This document shows positions 38,353-49,031 of a DNA stretch of 64,000 bases, one piece after another. The stretch is from a virus. The first letter of the stretch is position 1, and each line of letters starts with the position of its first letter. Below the pieces are notes generated by a model that was not told the origin of the DNA, made no database searches, and saw nothing but the letters and a program-made list of their open reading frames with translations. Where the stretch lies: the IMG/VR virus record IMGVR_UViG_3300025425_001694; one strand, given 5' to 3'. The position numbers were made by a program, and so were the translations under genes.

Positions 38353-40207
38353 TATTAGTTCTGCCCATCATATAATCTTCAGCCATTTTTGTAGAATCAT
38401 CGTTATTCTTTAAAATGCTAAACTCATTAGTATTTATAATATCTGGATGGACAAACCAATCTTCATAAGGCCTATCCTTATCAGGAGATATGTTACCAAC
38501 AACAAGTTCATAGCCATACGATTTTAAATATTGTCTAGCTTTTTCTCTATATCCGCCGGTTGGATCTGCATAATGATCATGCTCAAATGTAATTACTCCA
38601 AACCTTTTGGTTTCAAACGGCATTGATAATAGTACTTTAAAACTTACTTCGGGCGGATCACAATCAATTTGCAGATAGTCAATATCCTTACCAAAGCCAA
38701 GACCATTTAAGAATGAGTCGTAATTAACAGTAGTCGCATCTTTAAGAAGACACGTATGGTTTCTTTCTTTGTTATGGCCAGCAACAAACTCTTCGCTTAT
38801 ATCAAATGATACGCCATTCCAACCATAATCTTTTTCTAATAAGTATGTGTTATTTCCGTATGTAGGATGACCAGAACCAACTTCAACGTAACTACCGTTT
38901 TTCTTACCGCCGAATAATGTAAGAACAAACATATCTTGGTAAGCTTCAGAATAATTCTGTTTGATATTTTCAGAACCAGAAAATTGATTTTTTAAACTAC
39001 TATGTTTTTCATTTGTATATAATGTAAGACTTTTAGATGTGAATGCTCCTAATCTTACGAGGTTTTCATATACTGAATTGCGATACTCATCTTTCAAATC
39101 ATAATTTGTATAGAGATCCATTAACATACTTCTTGAATCCTCACTAAGACCACACCACCAAGCAGTATGAGCTTTTTGGAATAATAAGGCATGTTTACCA
39201 GGGTAATCCACGACAGTCCTGAGAGGCTCTAATACGTCGTCTGTAAAGGAGTAACCAATTGACGCAGTTGTATACGAGTCAAACCATTTACCGTCACCAG
39301 GATCATTTTCATAAAACTTACTAAGTAAATAATAACCTTCAGGGCGATGTGGTTGTGTTGCTATTGCGTGCTGCACGATACCCTTTACAGTAAATCTTCG
39401 AGTACCTTGTTTTTCAAAACACATCGCAGCCCGAATGAGACATTCGTATTTTAACAAATCTTCTTCTGTTCTTTCGGCTGTGCGAATATAAAAAGAAATC
39501 GCAGAAGCTAGTTGCCCAATTGTATCGTAGTGTAGAGCTAAATTCCAATTACTTTCAGGGTTATTTGGATCCATGATATAAGTTTTTAACATGAATTTTA
39601 GACCAGTCATTCCAAACATTTTTCCAAATTTTTCGGGGCTAATAAGATTTAACCATTCTACTCTATTTTTGTCAAAGTCTTTATATTCTAATTCACCATT
39701 TGGTATATCTAAAGTTTTTTGCTTACCTTTTTTAATTATCCCACAACCATGATCTGTATTAACAGTGTACATTTCCAAATCTTTTCGAGTTGCTCTTAAA
39801 TTGACAAATGCTTTCCAGCAATCACCATTCCAAGTACCTCCTTTAAATGGTATGATTTGATGTTCTTCCTTAAGTGGGTTCATATCGTGACATACTATAT
39901 AACCACCTTCATTTAAAATATCAACTGCGTTTGTAATATCACGATGAACTTGATCTGCGTGATGTAAACCATCAACAAATATTACATCAAAAGTTTCTTT
40001 ATTTTTTTCAAAAAATTCATCGGACGTTATAACACAATCAGCTTTTGACAGCGGTTCTGGGTCAACACTTACTTTGTGTTTGCATTTTATTTCTCTCCAA
40101 TTGTATCCTTCTGAAATTCCTATTTCAAGATAGCTCTTTGCTTCTATTTTGTTTATGAGAGATTGTATAATATCAGTTCTGTTCATAATAATTTTCCTCT
40201 CAACCAA
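38336..40207 (-). CDS. class I methyltransferase - TPR - FkbM-like methyltransferase fusion
   Basis: YLEIG, FDVIFVDGLH, GG.IVCHD; helical region with P.RPE.YY; Y.EVG...P..GNNTY.LE..YGW.G, IDYLQID. Confidence 0.75.
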   Translation of the reverse strand: MVERKIIMNRTDIIQSLINKIEAKSYLEIGISEGYNWREIKCKHKVSVDPEPLSKADCVITSDEFFEKNKETFDVIFVDGLHHADQVHRDITNAVDILNEGGYIVCHDMNPLKEEHQIIPFKGGTWNGDCWKAFVNLRATRKDLEMYTVNTDHGCGIIKKGKQKTLDIPNGELEYKDFDKNRVEWLNLISPEKFGKMFGMTGLKFMLKTYIMDPNNPESNWNLALHYDTIGQLASAISFYIRTAERTEEDLLKYECLIRAAMCFEKQGTRRFTVKGIVQHAIATQPHRPEGYYLLSKFYENDPGDGKWFDSYTTASIGYSFTDDVLEPLRTVVDYPGKHALLFQKAHTAWWCGLSEDSRSMLMDLYTNYDLKDEYRNSVYENLVRLGAFTSKSLTLYTNEKHSSLKNQFSGSENIKQNYSEAYQDMFVLTLFGGKKNGSYVEVGSGHPTYGNNTYLLEKDYGWNGVSFDISEEFVAGHNKERNHTCLLKDATTVNYDSFLNGLGFGKDIDYLQIDCDPPEVSFKVLLSMPFETKRFGVITFEHDHYADPTGGYREKARQYLKSYGYELVVGNISPDKDRPYEDWFVHPDIINTNEFSILKNNDDSTKMAEDYMMGRTNNGEAA

Positions 40208-41270
40208 TCATATCTTCAATTGTTTTTGGATTTACTTCTAAGATAAATGCTGCATTATCTTGGAACCCGAATGTAATAAGTATTTTATCTTTGTAATGAC
40301 ACATGCCTGCTGAAAATTCAGTATGTCCGTTCATTAAAGAAAAATCTTTTGAATGTTTTAGTATATTCCAGTCTTTATCAAATAATATAAACCTATGTCG
40401 ATACACACCATCTTTTCTTCCAACATCACTTTTAAATAAATCAACGTCATGAGTAAGTGTAAGGTAATTATCACCAAACGGAATTACTTGCGAACCTCCA
40501 CGCGGATCCTTACTTAAAAAATTACCAGAAGATTGTAAGTGGCATGTTTCTGATTCGACCCAATTTGATTCAAAAACTTTGTCATCAGTTGGAGTTTCGT
40601 TAACTTTTACAACTTCTACTGGGTTACACCATTTTACATATTTAAAAGGCTGGTCTGCAATTGGCATCCAATTCTTTTCACAATATGAATTCTTATCGTT
40701 TGGTGGATGAATTCTCCATCTTGAAACTTCTACAACACTATCTTCACGCACTTCAATTTCACAAAGTTCCATTCTCCCTTGGCCGTTTTCAGTTGTATCA
40801 CGTCGTACTCCTGATGTAAATAGTTTTCCATTCCATTCAATTAAACGCGCATCCTCAAGACCAACAAAGTCCCACATTGGTTTGTAGTTGTCAAATTTGC
40901 TTGTGTCTATTTTATTAAACCGAGTTATTTCAAACGAATCGTCTAATTCGCAATAATAGTTTTCTGTCCTCAGATGCATATCGTTCTCGGGATGCAAATA
41001 CGTAAGAGGTCCCCACGGGTGTTGAAACAGTTTTCTTTCTGAATGATAGAAAGTATAGTTTACGTGTCTTATATTTACAACAAGTTTACCGTCTATATTC
41101 AATATAGACGGGTTCATTAAACCTGTGCCGTTTGTAAGATTTGATGGAATAATGAGGGGGTAAATATCACCCCCATCATTTAAAACGTTTTTTGCAAAAC
41201 TATCACTGTCGCCGTAATGATACGTGCTTTCAACTTCTTGTCCATTTTTAGTTTTTTCGAAAAAACTCAT
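40200..41270 (-). CDS. putative five-bladed beta-propeller glycoside hydrolase-like protein
   Basis: MNPSI, GLEDARL, EKNWMP, RGGSQ, EF.AG, ITFG.QD motifs. Confidence 0.6.
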   Translation of the reverse strand: MSFFEKTKNGQEVESTYHYGDSDSFAKNVLNDGGDIYPLIIPSNLTNGTGLMNPSILNIDGKLVVNIRHVNYTFYHSERKLFQHPWGPLTYLHPENDMHLRTENYYCELDDSFEITRFNKIDTSKFDNYKPMWDFVGLEDARLIEWNGKLFTSGVRRDTTENGQGRMELCEIEVREDSVVEVSRWRIHPPNDKNSYCEKNWMPIADQPFKYVKWCNPVEVVKVNETPTDDKVFESNWVESETCHLQSSGNFLSKDPRGGSQVIPFGDNYLTLTHDVDLFKSDVGRKDGVYRHRFILFDKDWNILKHSKDFSLMNGHTEFSAGMCHYKDKILITFGFQDNAAFILEVNPKTIEDMIG

Positions 41271-41312
41271 AATATATTTTCACTCCATAATAAAACATAA
41301 TAAAACTAGAAG

Positions 41313-43190
41313 TTACTTATTTTTAACTTCTTCCTTTAGTTTATTTATCGCGTCGATCATGATTGCAATTAAAGGAATATATGAAACAGTTCTTTGACCA
41401 TTGCCATTTTTCTTTACAAGCTCAGGCATGATTTTTTCTAATTCTTGCGCCATAACACCATAACTCAATTCTTTTGTATCTTTCCAATTAAACTTATATG
41501 TATCAATTTTATCAAGTATTGAAAAGCTATCATTAATTGGTAAAATATTTTCTTTAACTGTTGCATCTGAAAGTGAATTAAAGCCTGTTGCTGACAAGTC
41601 GCCAGTAGAAGGATTAAAATACAGTTTTGTTGTTGACGACGTAATTGTTTGAACAGATCCAGTTGCTCCAACAAAAACCGGATAAAAATCTTGATTTGTT
41701 GATGTATCATTTAGTGATTGCAATTCATATGCAGAAGCAGCTTCTGCAGCTCCACCTTGAATACCTTGTCCACCAGTAATACCTTGGATACCTTGCGAAC
41801 CAACGCCAGTAATACCTTGGATACCTTGACGACCCTGAATACCTTGAATACCTTGTCCACCAGTAATACCTTGGATACCTTGTCCGCCAGTAATACCTTG
41901 GATACCTTGAATACCTTGAATACCTTGGGCGCCAGCGGCACCAGTAATACCCTGAATACCTTGTCCACCAGTAATACCTTGAATACCTTGAATACCTTGA
42001 ATACCTTGGGCGCCAGCGGCACCAGTAATACCCTGAATACCTTGTCCACCAGTAATACCCTGTATACCCTGTGACCCAGCTCCAGTAATACCCTGAATAC
42101 CCTGTTCGCCAGTAATACCTTGAGCACCAGTAACACCTTGGATACCTTGAGCACCAGTAACACCTTGGATACCCTGAATACCTTGTTCACCAGTAATACC
42201 CTGAATACCTTGAACACCCTGAGCACCTACAGAACCTAATGTACCGCTAATACCTTGAATACCTTGTTCACCAGTAATACCTTGGATACCTTGAACACCC
42301 TGTTCACCAGCTCCTGTTAAACCTTGAATACCTTGTTCACCAGTTATACCTTGTATACCTTGAGCACCAGTAACACCTTGGATACCTTGGTTTCCAGTAC
42401 CGTCAGTACCTTGTACACCCTGTTCACCAGTAATACCCTGAATACCTTGGTCACCTTGACTACCTTGGATACCCTGTTCTCCAGTAATACCTTGGATACC
42501 TTGTTCACCAGTAGTACCTTGAGAACCTTGAATACCTTGATTACCGGTACCGTCAGTACCCTGAATACCCTGTTCACCAGTTATACCTTGGATACCTTGA
42601 ACACCCTGAATACCTTGGTCGCCAGTTATACCTTGAACACCCTGGATACCTTGTACACCCTGTTCACCAGAAATACCTTGGATACCCTGTTGCGCAATAC
42701 CTTGAATACCTTGGATACCTTGCGGTCCAACGATGTCTCCGGTGTTAACCCAATCACTACCACCCCAAACCCATAGGTTTGATGTTGCTTCGTCAATTAC
42801 ACCGTCAGCCAAAGAAGGCGATGAGAAAGCTGCAGACAGAGTTGTTTGCGGGTTATTTGGCGGATTGACATTAACATCAGGAACAGATCCTAATACTTTA
42901 AAAGGATCACCCTTTGTACCTTGGAGACCTTGAAATCCCTGAATACCCTGAATACCTTGTTCACCAGTGATACCTTGAATACCCTGTGGACCAATTATAG
43001 TACTTCCGTCTATCCAATTTCTAGACCCATCTTCATCAGATGCAAGTATGTAACCGTTAGCAGATGGTACGCCAAGATCTGGTTCTGTTTCAGATAGAGT
43101 TAAAAATTCGTATCTATCTTCAGAAACTTCAGATGACGGAGTTTTTGATATTCTACCCGATACGGTAGAATCGGATATTAATTTTACCAT
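41313..43190 (-). CDS. collagen-like (GXQ/GIT) fibre with C-terminal peptidase S74 intramolecular chaperone
   Basis: long GIQ/GIT/GEQ tract; SDATVKENI...F.WK.....[13 protein letters not shown]...V.Y..LI. Confidence 0.85.
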   Translation of the reverse strand: MVKLISDSTVSGRISKTPSSEVSEDRYEFLTLSETEPDLGVPSANGYILASDEDGSRNWIDGSTIIGPQGIQGITGEQGIQGIQGFQGLQGTKGDPFKVLGSVPDVNVNPPNNPQTTLSAAFSSPSLADGVIDEATSNLWVWGGSDWVNTGDIVGPQGIQGIQGIAQQGIQGISGEQGVQGIQGVQGITGDQGIQGVQGIQGITGEQGIQGTDGTGNQGIQGSQGTTGEQGIQGITGEQGIQGSQGDQGIQGITGEQGVQGTDGTGNQGIQGVTGAQGIQGITGEQGIQGLTGAGEQGVQGIQGITGEQGIQGISGTLGSVGAQGVQGIQGITGEQGIQGIQGVTGAQGIQGVTGAQGITGEQGIQGITGAGSQGIQGITGGQGIQGITGAAGAQGIQGIQGIQGITGGQGIQGITGAAGAQGIQGIQGIQGITGGQGIQGITGGQGIQGIQGRQGIQGITGVGSQGIQGITGGQGIQGGAAEAASAYELQSLNDTSTNQDFYPVFVGATGSVQTITSSTTKLYFNPSTGDLSATGFNSLSDATVKENILPINDSFSILDKIDTYKFNWKDTKELSYGVMAQELEKIMPELVKKNGNGQRTVSYIPLIAIMIDAINKLKEEVKNK

Positions 43191-43192
43191 TT

Positions 43193-43657
43193 TTATTCAA
43201 CTCCAACGTGTTCGTTTGACGTTTTCTCTTCTGCAGAAACCCAAATATCAAACATATTTGCTACTTCTGCTCTTACTTGTAAAGTATCACCAGACGCATT
43301 GTTTGCTACTCTTTTTAATAAACTTCTACCCTGTAAAGGTATCAACGCTGTATCACCAGCTGGTACTTCCACCTTAGCAAACTCTATTGTTTGGCTATCT
43401 TCCGTGACAAAAATTGCCTCAACCCACCTAGTAACAGTATCTTTATTTTTTGCTGCTATCGGAGTCAAAAAGAATACTTCACCTGGCCTGATTGCACGAG
43501 TATCATCAGTTGGATCGCGATCTGGGAACTTATTTGACGCGTCTGGTACCGAAAAGTCTGGTGCTTCTGCGATTGTTACAAATGTACTTGCAACATCTGC
43601 TTGTATAATTCTTAATGGTTTCCCCGTAGATGGGGTTCTACATGTAATGCGTGCCAT
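43193..43657 (-). CDS. hypothetical virion protein, paralog of 60224-60646
   Basis: shared I.T.....KP, I.E.P..S.P, TP....N.D, P..G......D.L...A pattern. Confidence 0.6.
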   Translation of the reverse strand: MARITCRTPSTGKPLRIIQADVASTFVTIAEAPDFSVPDASNKFPDRDPTDDTRAIRPGEVFFLTPIAAKNKDTVTRWVEAIFVTEDSQTIEFAKVEVPAGDTALIPLQGRSLLKRVANNASGDTLQVRAEVANMFDIWVSAEEKTSNEHVGVE

Positions 43658-43660
43658 TAT

Positions 43661-45283
43661 TTAAAAACTCCTTGCGATTGCTGCTCTTGTGGCAATTCTA
43701 TTTACTGCCTGATCGAATGGTGGTCCAGAAAGTTCTCCTGTGTCAGCATCAATTTTCATACCGCCAACGAATAGCGCAGAACCTTGATCGTCTTGTCCAG
43801 AAGCAATAACTTTTCCGTTACTTAATTCCAAAATACTTTCTTCTATTGTTGTCTTATTTTTCGCTGGCGGAATGCGAGTAAGAGCAACACCTGTCATAAT
43901 TGAATTCCAAGTATGACCGATTGCTGTAATAGTTGAAGGTTCTGAAATTCTTACTGGGTTTTGTTGTGTATTAATTAATGCTACAAATAAAGCATCTACG
44001 ATAGTATCAGAAGCCGCGTTGACGCCGGATAACGCTTTTATTTCAGCTCTTATAAATTGCCATGCTCTGATAGCTGCAGTTTCTTTACCTGCGGTTATTG
44101 TCGGTGTTCCGTCTAAATTAAACAATCCTTTTTGAAAATCTAACATTGGTTTTTCTACCGCTGTTTGAAGAACCCATTCTATTGATTGTATAAGGTTTTT
44201 GGCATCTCTACGACAGAGGGCCTCGTCTCCTGTAGCCCACGAAGAAGTAAATCCATTATCTACTAAATCTGTAATCGTTGCATCAATAATAGTATTAGCC
44301 GCGGCGCCTACTGCTTGATATGCCGCGATTTGAATAGTTAATGTACCTTCTGCAACTTCAGTCGCTTGGACAAGATCGCGAGTTCCACTAGCAACTAATG
44401 TATAATCACCAAATTGTGTTGAACAAGCAGAAAGAATTAAATGGCCACCTGATAACGCTAGGAAGTGTTTGTGTGCCCAAAGACTAATAGCATTCACTGC
44501 GTTAATCAGTGCACCGTTTTTAGCACAATATCCAATACCATTATGAGATACTGGCGTTGCACCCCATGCCATGATATTAGGGTAAATACTACTCGCAGAA
44601 CAAACAAGACCATCTGCAAGAATAACACCAGCGCCTCTACCATACAACGGATTGGAGTTTGCTCTATCAAGTGGAGGTGCAATTGTGTCCCAGAAAGGAG
44701 TTGTTCGAACAACACATTTGTGTACATATGGAGTTCTACGAATTACTGCACCTGGTCTAAACGATACCGCGAAACCTTCGGTTGGATTTTCTAAGCTATC
44801 CAATCTCCAGCCTTCAAATACAAATCCTTCTATGAAACATCCAGACCCAAGTCTAAAAACGTTTTTTTCCTCATAACCAGTTTCCGGTTTTATTATTGTA
44901 GATCTGTGACAGGTGCGAAGAAGACAATTATCAGGAACATCAATATGGCCTTGAGATGTATACTCGCCAGGACCTACATCAATAATAGTAAGTTCGCCGT
45001 CTCTCGTATCAACTTCTTGAATTGCTCTTTCAATCGTAGCAAAAGCTGCGCTCCATGTATTACCAAGAACGTTGTTTGCATCACTGCCATTTTTTTGTAC
45101 GTAATAAACATTTTTAACCGGGTTAGTCCCGGTAAATTTAATTATTTCTTCGGTACCTTCACGATCTATTTTTGCGAAGATATTTCCATCGTATGTATTA
45201 ACGGCTAATTCGCCTAATACGAGCTGGTCTAATGTAGGTTCCCTACCTGTTACACCAGATAATCTATGTTTGATTATAGCCAC
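43661..45283 (-). CDS. putative virion fibre/beta-helix protein, paralog of 60643-63762
   Basis: N-terminal P....L..GELAVNT.DG.IF.K fibre motif; YYV.K.GSD.N.....AFATI.RA and GPGEY (pectin-lyase-like start); R.PYV..C. Confidence 0.65.
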   Translation of the reverse strand: MAIIKHRLSGVTGREPTLDQLVLGELAVNTYDGNIFAKIDREGTEEIIKFTGTNPVKNVYYVQKNGSDANNVLGNTWSAAFATIERAIQEVDTRDGELTIIDVGPGEYTSQGHIDVPDNCLLRTCHRSTIIKPETGYEEKNVFRLGSGCFIEGFVFEGWRLDSLENPTEGFAVSFRPGAVIRRTPYVHKCVVRTTPFWDTIAPPLDRANSNPLYGRGAGVILADGLVCSASSIYPNIMAWGATPVSHNGIGYCAKNGALINAVNAISLWAHKHFLALSGGHLILSACSTQFGDYTLVASGTRDLVQATEVAEGTLTIQIAAYQAVGAAANTIIDATITDLVDNGFTSSWATGDEALCRRDAKNLIQSIEWVLQTAVEKPMLDFQKGLFNLDGTPTITAGKETAAIRAWQFIRAEIKALSGVNAASDTIVDALFVALINTQQNPVRISEPSTITAIGHTWNSIMTGVALTRIPPAKNKTTIEESILELSNGKVIASGQDDQGSALFVGGMKIDADTGELSGPPFDQAVNRIATRAAIARSF

Positions 45284-45323
45284 TTTTACACCTTAAACTT
45301 ATTCTGTTTCTTTTATTTATAAT

Positions 45324-45542
45324 TTAATAACTGCCACCATCAATCACATTTCCGTCTCCATCAATTGAAAGAATCGAAGATGCGGAAGTTGCAACTATTG
45401 TATTGGTTGCTGAATCATACGTTAATATTTCGTTATTTGCTGCTCCTGCCAAATCAACATCGGCCAAATCAAAAATAGATCTAGTAACTACTCCGGTGTT
45501 TTGATTTACAAAAACTTTTATTTTTTCTCTATTTGAAATCAT
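45324..45542 (-). CDS. small structural-type hypothetical protein
   Basis: L.DVD...A.N..IL.YD motif; ends IDGGSY. Confidence 0.55.
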   Translation of the reverse strand: MISNREKIKVFVNQNTGVVTRSIFDLADVDLAGAANNEILTYDSATNTIVATSASSILSIDGDGNVIDGGSY

Positions 45543-45880
45543 ATTTGTGTTACCGTTGGTGTTATTTTTAAAAGACCTTCGAGGATTTTTGTTTTTGCCC
45601 CCGAAGGATTAACCATTATAATATCGTAAACATAATTTCCTGGATCTACATTCTCAGTCGCTTCAGCTGATAACGCAAATTCTAATATATTATTAGCAGA
45701 AGATAACAACGTAACTTCGGCATTTGCTATTGCAGCTGAAGAATAATGTTTTCTAAAACTTGAATAAAACGACTTGTCGCTTATTAAAAAAACTTCTCCA
45801 GGATTTGCATCATAAGTTATTTCAAGATCTATTGCAAAATCAGTCCCTTTACCTACATATAAATTAGCCTGAGTTGTCAT
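45539..45880 (-). CDS. conserved T4-like virion-associated hypothetical protein
   Basis: NL....GTDF, RKH.SS, L....T.....G.YVYD......G.....LEG......P.VT. Confidence 0.7.
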   Translation of the reverse strand: MTTQANLYVGKGTDFAIDLEITYDANPGEVFLISDKSFYSSFRKHYSSAAIANAEVTLLSSANNILEFALSAEATENVDPGNYVYDIIMVNPSGAKTKILEGLLKITPTVTQI

Positions 45881-45922
45881 TTAGAAACCTATTAATCCTT
45901 TACATTTATTTATAAAAAAGTT

Positions 45923-46948
45923 CTACTCTGAAACGAGCCATCTATCGTTTTTAAGTGTCCAATCAACAACTTCTTCAATTCTTTCCCGAACAGATTTGGA
46001 AGGTACCCAACCCATTTCAGCCATTTTATTTCCATCCAATGCATAACGAAGATCGTGCCCAGGTCTGCTTGAATGAAAATCCACGTATTCATAATTTAAT
46101 TCTTTTCCTTGCGTTTCAGCAATAATTTTTGCAAGCTCGTAATTATCAATTTCTTCAGCACCTACGATATTAAACTTAGGGCATTTTGCGCCACCCCATT
46201 CCAATTCTTTAACATCCTTACCAAAAAGAAACATGACAGCATCAGCTACATCTTCAGCGTGTATGTAATGACGTGATCCTGCAATTGTTTTGGTGTTATC
46301 GCTATGGATCGTAATCTTTTCACCGTCTCTTGCTCGTTTAATACACATCGGAATATACTTTTCCGGATGCTGTCTTTCGCCAAACACATTCATAGTATGA
46401 GTAATATAGATTGGCAGCTTATATGTATTTTCGTATGCTACCGCGAGTTCTTCGCCGCCTGCCTTTGAAGCGCTATATGGATTTGTTGAATTGTAGCGAT
46501 CATTTTCCTTATACTTAATACCATCTGGTGCAGGACCAAAAACTTCATCTGTACTAAAGTAAATAAATCTTTCTAAATTATCCTTTTGGTGTTTAGCAAA
46601 TTCTAGAATATTACACGTTCCTACAACATTGTCAAGGACAAATTCCATTGGATATTCAATAGAACGGTCTACATGTGATCCAGCTGCTAGGTGCGCGATA
46701 TAATCAACTTTTCCAATTTCAGCACGAATAAGTGGATTTAATTCTGCTTTTAAATCATGAAAAACAACTTTTACTCGTTTTTTTGTTTCAACATCAAACT
46801 CTTGTAGAGCATCATCTAAGCGATTTAAATTACCACTATAATCCAATCTGTCGAGTGTTACAATCTCCCAGTCTGTTTCCTTTAGCACCTTACTCACGAG
46901 ATGGTGAGCAATAAATCCAGCTCCGCCAGTAATCAAAATTCTTTTCAT
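45923..46948 (-). CDS. rmlB: dTDP-glucose 4,6-dehydratase (NAD-dependent epimerase/dehydratase)
   Basis: ITGGAGFI, HLAAGSHVDRSI, STDEVFG, PYSASKA, Q.PEK.IP, RPGHDLRYA. Confidence 0.85.
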   Translation of the reverse strand: MKRILITGGAGFIAHHLVSKVLKETDWEIVTLDRLDYSGNLNRLDDALQEFDVETKKRVKVVFHDLKAELNPLIRAEIGKVDYIAHLAAGSHVDRSIEYPMEFVLDNVVGTCNILEFAKHQKDNLERFIYFSTDEVFGPAPDGIKYKENDRYNSTNPYSASKAGGEELAVAYENTYKLPIYITHTMNVFGERQHPEKYIPMCIKRARDGEKITIHSDNTKTIAGSRHYIHAEDVADAVMFLFGKDVKELEWGGAKCPKFNIVGAEEIDNYELAKIIAETQGKELNYEYVDFHSSRPGHDLRYALDGNKMAEMGWVPSKSVRERIEEVVDWTLKNDRWLVSE

Positions 46949-46997
46949 AGTATAAACTCCATTTTTAATAATTCAATGTCTTGATTAATTGTATTTA

Positions 46998-47831
46998 TCA
47001 ATTATTCGTAACGTCTGGATAAAATGACTTATAAAACCACTGATTCTCATTTACAACTTGGTTGTGAAAATTATCAGAAAGTACTCTTGTCGGTTCTTTC
47101 CAAGGTATCATTTGCGGTTTAGTTTTGTGATCTGTTTTTTCCCGGAAGTATGCGTTATCATGCTCAAACATCGATGCCTGCGGTATATTATCCAAGTCAT
47201 GTTGATAGTTTTGTAAACCGAGGAATTCGTATATTCGTTTTAACATGTAGTTTGGATCACGAAGAAGATCCTCGTAGCGAATAAATTTAACTCTTGAAGG
47301 ATCTCGTTTAAACAGTTCAATATACTTTGGTATTTCGTGGCGAAGAGTTACAGAAAAAGAATTAGTTTCCTTGAAGTGATAAGCGTATTTTTCGTCTTCG
47401 GTCAACGAGCCGTATAGTGTATTGTCATTACCAAACGTGTGTAGAGCTTTAATCTTGCTATTAACACGATCAAAACTTTCTACGATATCTCTAAGATCGC
47501 GAACTGTAATTAACATTTTTGATTTTGGGAATAAGTGGTGTAGACCTGACCAATCTCGTGCCTTTGAAATTACAACTGGTTTTTGAGTAAGACCTTCGTA
47601 CCAACCGCGAGTTGCACCAAGAGCCATACCATAAACAGCATCGTCGGCTTGCTCACAACTCATTGCTTGAAACGCTTCTGAGTATCTTGACTTAATTAAA
47701 ATTTGTTCATTAAGTATATGTGGAAATGGGTCTGTAGAAGTAGTAAACACTTCTGGGTTTTGCTGTAACACATTCATTAGGACGGTCGACCCAGTTCTAG
47801 GTAAACCACCGCAAAAATTCAATTGTTTCAT
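46998..47831 (-). CDS. PAPS-dependent sulfotransferase
   Basis: 5'PSB-like GLPRTGST, 3'PB-like VRD..DIV.SF, RYEDL..P...L..IY.FLG. Confidence 0.82.
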   Translation of the reverse strand: MKQLNFCGGLPRTGSTVLMNVLQQNPEVFTTSTDPFPHILNEQILIKSRYSEAFQAMSCEQADDAVYGMALGATRGWYEGLTQKPVVISKARDWSGLHHLFPKSKMLITVRDLRDIVESFDRVNSKIKALHTFGNDNTLYGSLTEDEKYAYHFKETNSFSVTLRHEIPKYIELFKRDPSRVKFIRYEDLLRDPNYMLKRIYEFLGLQNYQHDLDNIPQASMFEHDNAYFREKTDHKTKPQMIPWKEPTRVLSDNFHNQVVNENQWFYKSFYPDVTNN

Positions 47832-47861
47832 GATATAACTTTCGTTGTTTAACGAATCTAT

Positions 47862-47975
47862 TTATACTTGTTGGGCCGCGATATCGAATCTAGTTTGTGT
47901 TAGATCACCAACGTTAGTACAACTGGCAGCGGCTGCAAAAGGAAACTTGTAAATATTAGCAGCTGCTCGCCGCAT
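47862..47975 (-). CDS. 37-aa single-repeat mini-ORF or remnant of the propeller family (not in ORF track)
   Basis: MRRAAANIYKFPFAAAASCTNVGDLTQTRFDIAAQQV*; AGGA upstream of the ATG. Confidence 0.6.
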   Translation of the reverse strand: MRRAAANIYKFPFAAAASCTNVGDLTQTRFDIAAQQV

Positions 47976-48005
47976 AACAAATTTCCTAAATCTTATTATT
48001 TTTTA

Positions 48006-49001
48006 TTATACAGAGCTTTGATTTCCATGGACCCAGCGTCTTGATGCTGTTGTTAGATCCCCAACATCTGTTGCGTTAGCGTCAGAAGCAAAAGGAAACT
48101 TATCAATTGTGTTTGTGGCCGCAGGCCCTGCAAACCCGCCAGACCTATAACCGGAAGCCGTACTCGACTGACCAGCGGCCGTAGTCACAACAGATGTCAA
48201 ATTACCAACATCTGTTGCATTTGCATCAGAAGCAAAAGGAAACTTATCAATAACATTAGAAGTTGCTGGATAATAGGTGCCAGTACTATGCCCGCCTGAA
48301 GTATAGCCAGATATTAAACTTGATTGGCCGGCTACGCTGGATCTAGCTTGAGAAAGATTAGCGACATCAGTTGCATTTCCATCAGTTGCAAATGAAAATT
48401 TGTATATAGTATTTTGTGTCGAACCGCCTGTGTTACCACCTGATACATAACCATTTTCCAAGCTTGATTGGTCAGTGCACCACGCCCGGATCGCTGGAAG
48501 ATCACCAACGTCCGTTGCATTAGCATCCGTAGCGAATGCAAACTTGTCTATCGTATTAACAATCGGTGCTGATTGCCCTCCGGCTGTATAGCCTGATACG
48601 TCGCTTTCATGGCCTGAGCCATTTCCTCTTGCTTGCGTTAAATCACCAACATCGGTTGCATTTCCGTCAGCAGCAAAGGGATACTTGTCAATAACGTTAG
48701 AGGTGGCAGCAGGCCCGCCGCCCACACTATAACCACTTACCAAACTTGATGCTCCAGTTTGGCTGCCGAACGCAGAAGTACGTGTCAAATTACCAACATC
48801 AGTCGCGTTGGCGTCAGATGCAAAAGGAAACTTATCGATTACATTAGAATTTGGCTGCCCACCATGTGTGTATCCGGATACACTACCGTATGCAGTTGGA
48901 GTTGGCGGCACGTTAAACTCATTCGCGGTAGCTTTACCGTCAAAGTATATGCCGTCATCGTATTCAGTAAACGAAAAAAGTTCTGTTATAACGGTTGCCA
49001 T
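48006..49001 (-). CDS. six-repeat propeller protein, paralog C
   Basis: six repeat units. Confidence 0.75.
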   Translation of the reverse strand: MATVITELFSFTEYDDGIYFDGKATANEFNVPPTPTAYGSVSGYTHGGQPNSNVIDKFPFASDANATDVGNLTRTSAFGSQTGASSLVSGYSVGGGPAATSNVIDKYPFAADGNATDVGDLTQARGNGSGHESDVSGYTAGGQSAPIVNTIDKFAFATDANATDVGDLPAIRAWCTDQSSLENGYVSGGNTGGSTQNTIYKFSFATDGNATDVANLSQARSSVAGQSSLISGYTSGGHSTGTYYPATSNVIDKFPFASDANATDVGNLTSVVTTAAGQSSTASGYRSGGFAGPAATNTIDKFPFASDANATDVGDLTTASRRWVHGNQSSV

Positions 49002-49031
49002 TCATTTAATCCTTGGAGTTGTTTAGTCTAT

